The notes below the pieces were generated by a model. It was not told where the DNA came from, made no database searches, and was given only the letters and a program-made list of their open reading frames with translations. Shown piece after piece: positions 62,543 through 64,000 of a stretch of 64,000 nucleotides of DNA; positions within the stretch are counted from its first letter, which is position 1; every line of letters starts with the position of its first letter. This stretch comes from Planctomycetota bacterium (GTDB taxonomy: Bacteria > Planctomycetota > MHYJ01 > WSZJ01): the NCBI GenBank assembly GCA_038060895.1, contig JBBTCT010000002.1:160001-224000 (forward strand). The letters are read 5' to 3'. The translations under genes were made by a program, and so were the position numbers.

Positions 62543-64000
62543 TTACTTCTTCGTCGAGAAATACTCCGACTTGTTCATGACCGTCACCGCGTTGACCGGT
62601 TGCTCCAGCGAATCCTTGAGGACAATCACGCGCTCCCCGTCGGGAAACACGACGACGCCGGCGATGCGATACTTTTTCTCCTTGCGGACATAGTCGTCGC
62701 CCTGGTCGTACTCGGAATACGTCAGCACGAGCAGGTCGCCTTCGAGCGCCCATTTCCCCTTGCCCGTTGCACTCCTGATCTTCGGCGCTCCGACCTGCCC
62801 GCTGGCGCTTCCGAACGTGTCGGCGAAGGAATCGTCGGCCTTGAGGCTCAGGGTTCCGCCGTAGGACACGATGCTGGTCGAGGTCGCGCCGGTGTAGATG
62901 TTCTCGAAGTCCAGCGAAGAGTAAGAGCCGTAGGAGTAGTCGCCGACCAGGGACGCCTTTTCGGCGAGCGGCTTGCCCTTGGCGCCCTCGCACTTGAGAG
63001 TCTTCAGGAAGACCTCGGCCAGGTCGGCCGTTCCCGGGAACGAGAATCCCGCCGACATGGAGCCGCCGACCGGGTTCTTGCTGTCGAGATCCTCCCACGT
63101 CTGGGCTACGACGACCGGTTGCCACGCGGAGCCGCAGTCGATGAGAAACACGGTGAACAGCGTGTCCCAGCTCCTGCCCTTCTCCTCGGCTTTTCCGCAG
63201 ACGAATTGGGCGAAGAGCCCGTCGCCGATGTACCGGCGGAACACCATGCCGCTCGCCTTGCCCTGGAATTCTTCCGGTACGTACGCCTTCCACGCCGTCC
63301 GCAGCGCGTCGGTGAAGGTACCCGTGGCCGGCATGGCGGGCACGATCCGCACCTGCGCCATGGCCAGGTGGCTGCCCACGCGACTTTCCGCCACGTACCA
63401 CCCTGAATTCTGCTTCCAGCCCTCCGGCACGGTGAACCCGAACCCGGGCGCGGCGCCGCCCGGCGCCGACGCCTTGATCGCGACCTCGGCGCCCTTCAGG
63501 CTGATCTGCTCCAGCTTCGCGCCGAGCAGGATCACGAACTGCGCCTCGGCGAGCGTTCGCAGGTTCTTCTTCGCTTCCTCATCCTTCACCGAGCCCGCCA
63601 GGGCGACGACCATCCCCGATGAGCACAGCGACCACTCGTAAAACTCCTGTTTCTCGCGGTCGGTCGCCTTGATCTCCCCGAAGGTCCTGCGGAAGCGGCC
63701 CGCCAGCGCGAGGAAGGCCGCGTCGTCCAGCTCGGACTCCTTCGCAACGCCGTACAGCACCGCGACGCTGAACGCCATCGCGGTCGCGGGATCGTTCGCC
63801 TGCTTGAGTTCCTTCGCGGCGCCTTCGTAGCGGTCGATGATCGAGACGATGGCCTGCTCCAGCGCCGACCTCTCCGCCGCGTCTTCCGAAACCGACTTCA
63901 CGAACTTCTTGAGGAAGACCCGCTTCTCCGCCGGCTTGAACGCCCACCCGGGCACTTCCGCGGCCGACTCCTTGGTCAGCCCTTCGAGCCCGATCTTCTG
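62543..64000 (-). CDS. Partial hypothetical (probably exported) protein with a lipocalin-like C-terminal domain
   Basis: Open frame to the window edge; C-terminal LVGDY...GTLSLKAD...GKWALEGDLLVL pattern. Confidence 0.6.
   Translation of the reverse strand, partial: QKIGLEGLTKESAAEVPGWAFKPAEKRVFLKKFVKSVSEDAAERSALEQAIVSIIDRYEGAAKELKQANDPATAMAFSVAVLYGVAKESELDDAAFLALAGRFRRTFGEIKATDREKQEFYEWSLCSSGMVVALAGSVKDEEAKKNLRTLAEAQFVILLGAKLEQISLKGAEVAIKASAPGGAAPGFGFTVPEGWKQNSGWYVAESRVGSHLAMAQVRIVPAMPATGTFTDALRTAWKAYVPEEFQGKASGMVFRRYIGDGLFAQFVCGKAEEKGRSWDTLFTVFLIDCGSAWQPVVVAQTWEDLDSKNPVGGSMSAGFSFPGTADLAEVFLKTLKCEGAKGKPLAEKASLVGDYSYGSYSSLDFENIYTGATSTSIVSYGGTLSLKADDSFADTFGSASGQVGAPKIRSATGKGKWALEGDLLVLTYSEYDQGDDYVRKEKKYRIAGVVVFPDGERVIVLKDSLEQPVNAVTVMNKSEYFSTKK

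Noticed and set aside
162-63947. Many long overlapping or antisense ORFs in the track (e.g. 3411-5480, 42744-44870, 55959-58385)
   Set aside because: Shadow ORFs expected at high GC: Arg/Pro/Ala-rich, without motifs, and opposite well-supported genes
1-64000. tRNA (including selC), rRNA, transposase or integrase genes
   Set aside because: None recognised by eye; tRNAscan-SE and ISEScan were not run

Overview
GC-rich bacterial chromosomal window. The lineage is inferred to be Planctomycetota-like from DUF1570/DUF1559-like, DUF3160, WD40 and prenyltransferase-repeat proteins and an MshEN-like Ser/Thr kinase. Recognisable genes include mrp/apbC, a Cys/Met PLP lyase, glmU-prs, a TonB receptor, fdhD, a three-subunit 4-hydroxybenzoyl-CoA-reductase-like Mo enzyme, and an NAD-linked formate dehydrogenase. 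The FDH catalytic subunit is a selenoprotein (in-frame TGA plus SECIS) and its Fe-S N-terminal part is encoded by a separate downstream gene. Main unusual signals: (1) at least seven dispersed full, internally deleted, fused or remnant copies of a stand-alone module 'YxFRHALLRDAAY...TPR...CAKAG', which looks like the sensor half of a STAND/NLR-like ATPase without its ATPase, most with their own leaderless promoter; (2) a lower-GC gene with seven ~50-aa (F/Y)GxW..A..A(A/N)G repeats around a PD-(D/E)XK-like nuclease, inside a cluster of PIN toxin-antitoxin modules; (3) a Mo enzyme with Gln at the catalytic Glu position; (4) secreted hydrolases built from shared modules, including a CLCA/M87-like peptidase; (5) long hairpins, CTG starts and widespread leaderless promoters. 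All assignments come from reading motifs by eye; no database searches were run. No rRNA, tRNA, CRISPR array, integrase or transposase was seen.
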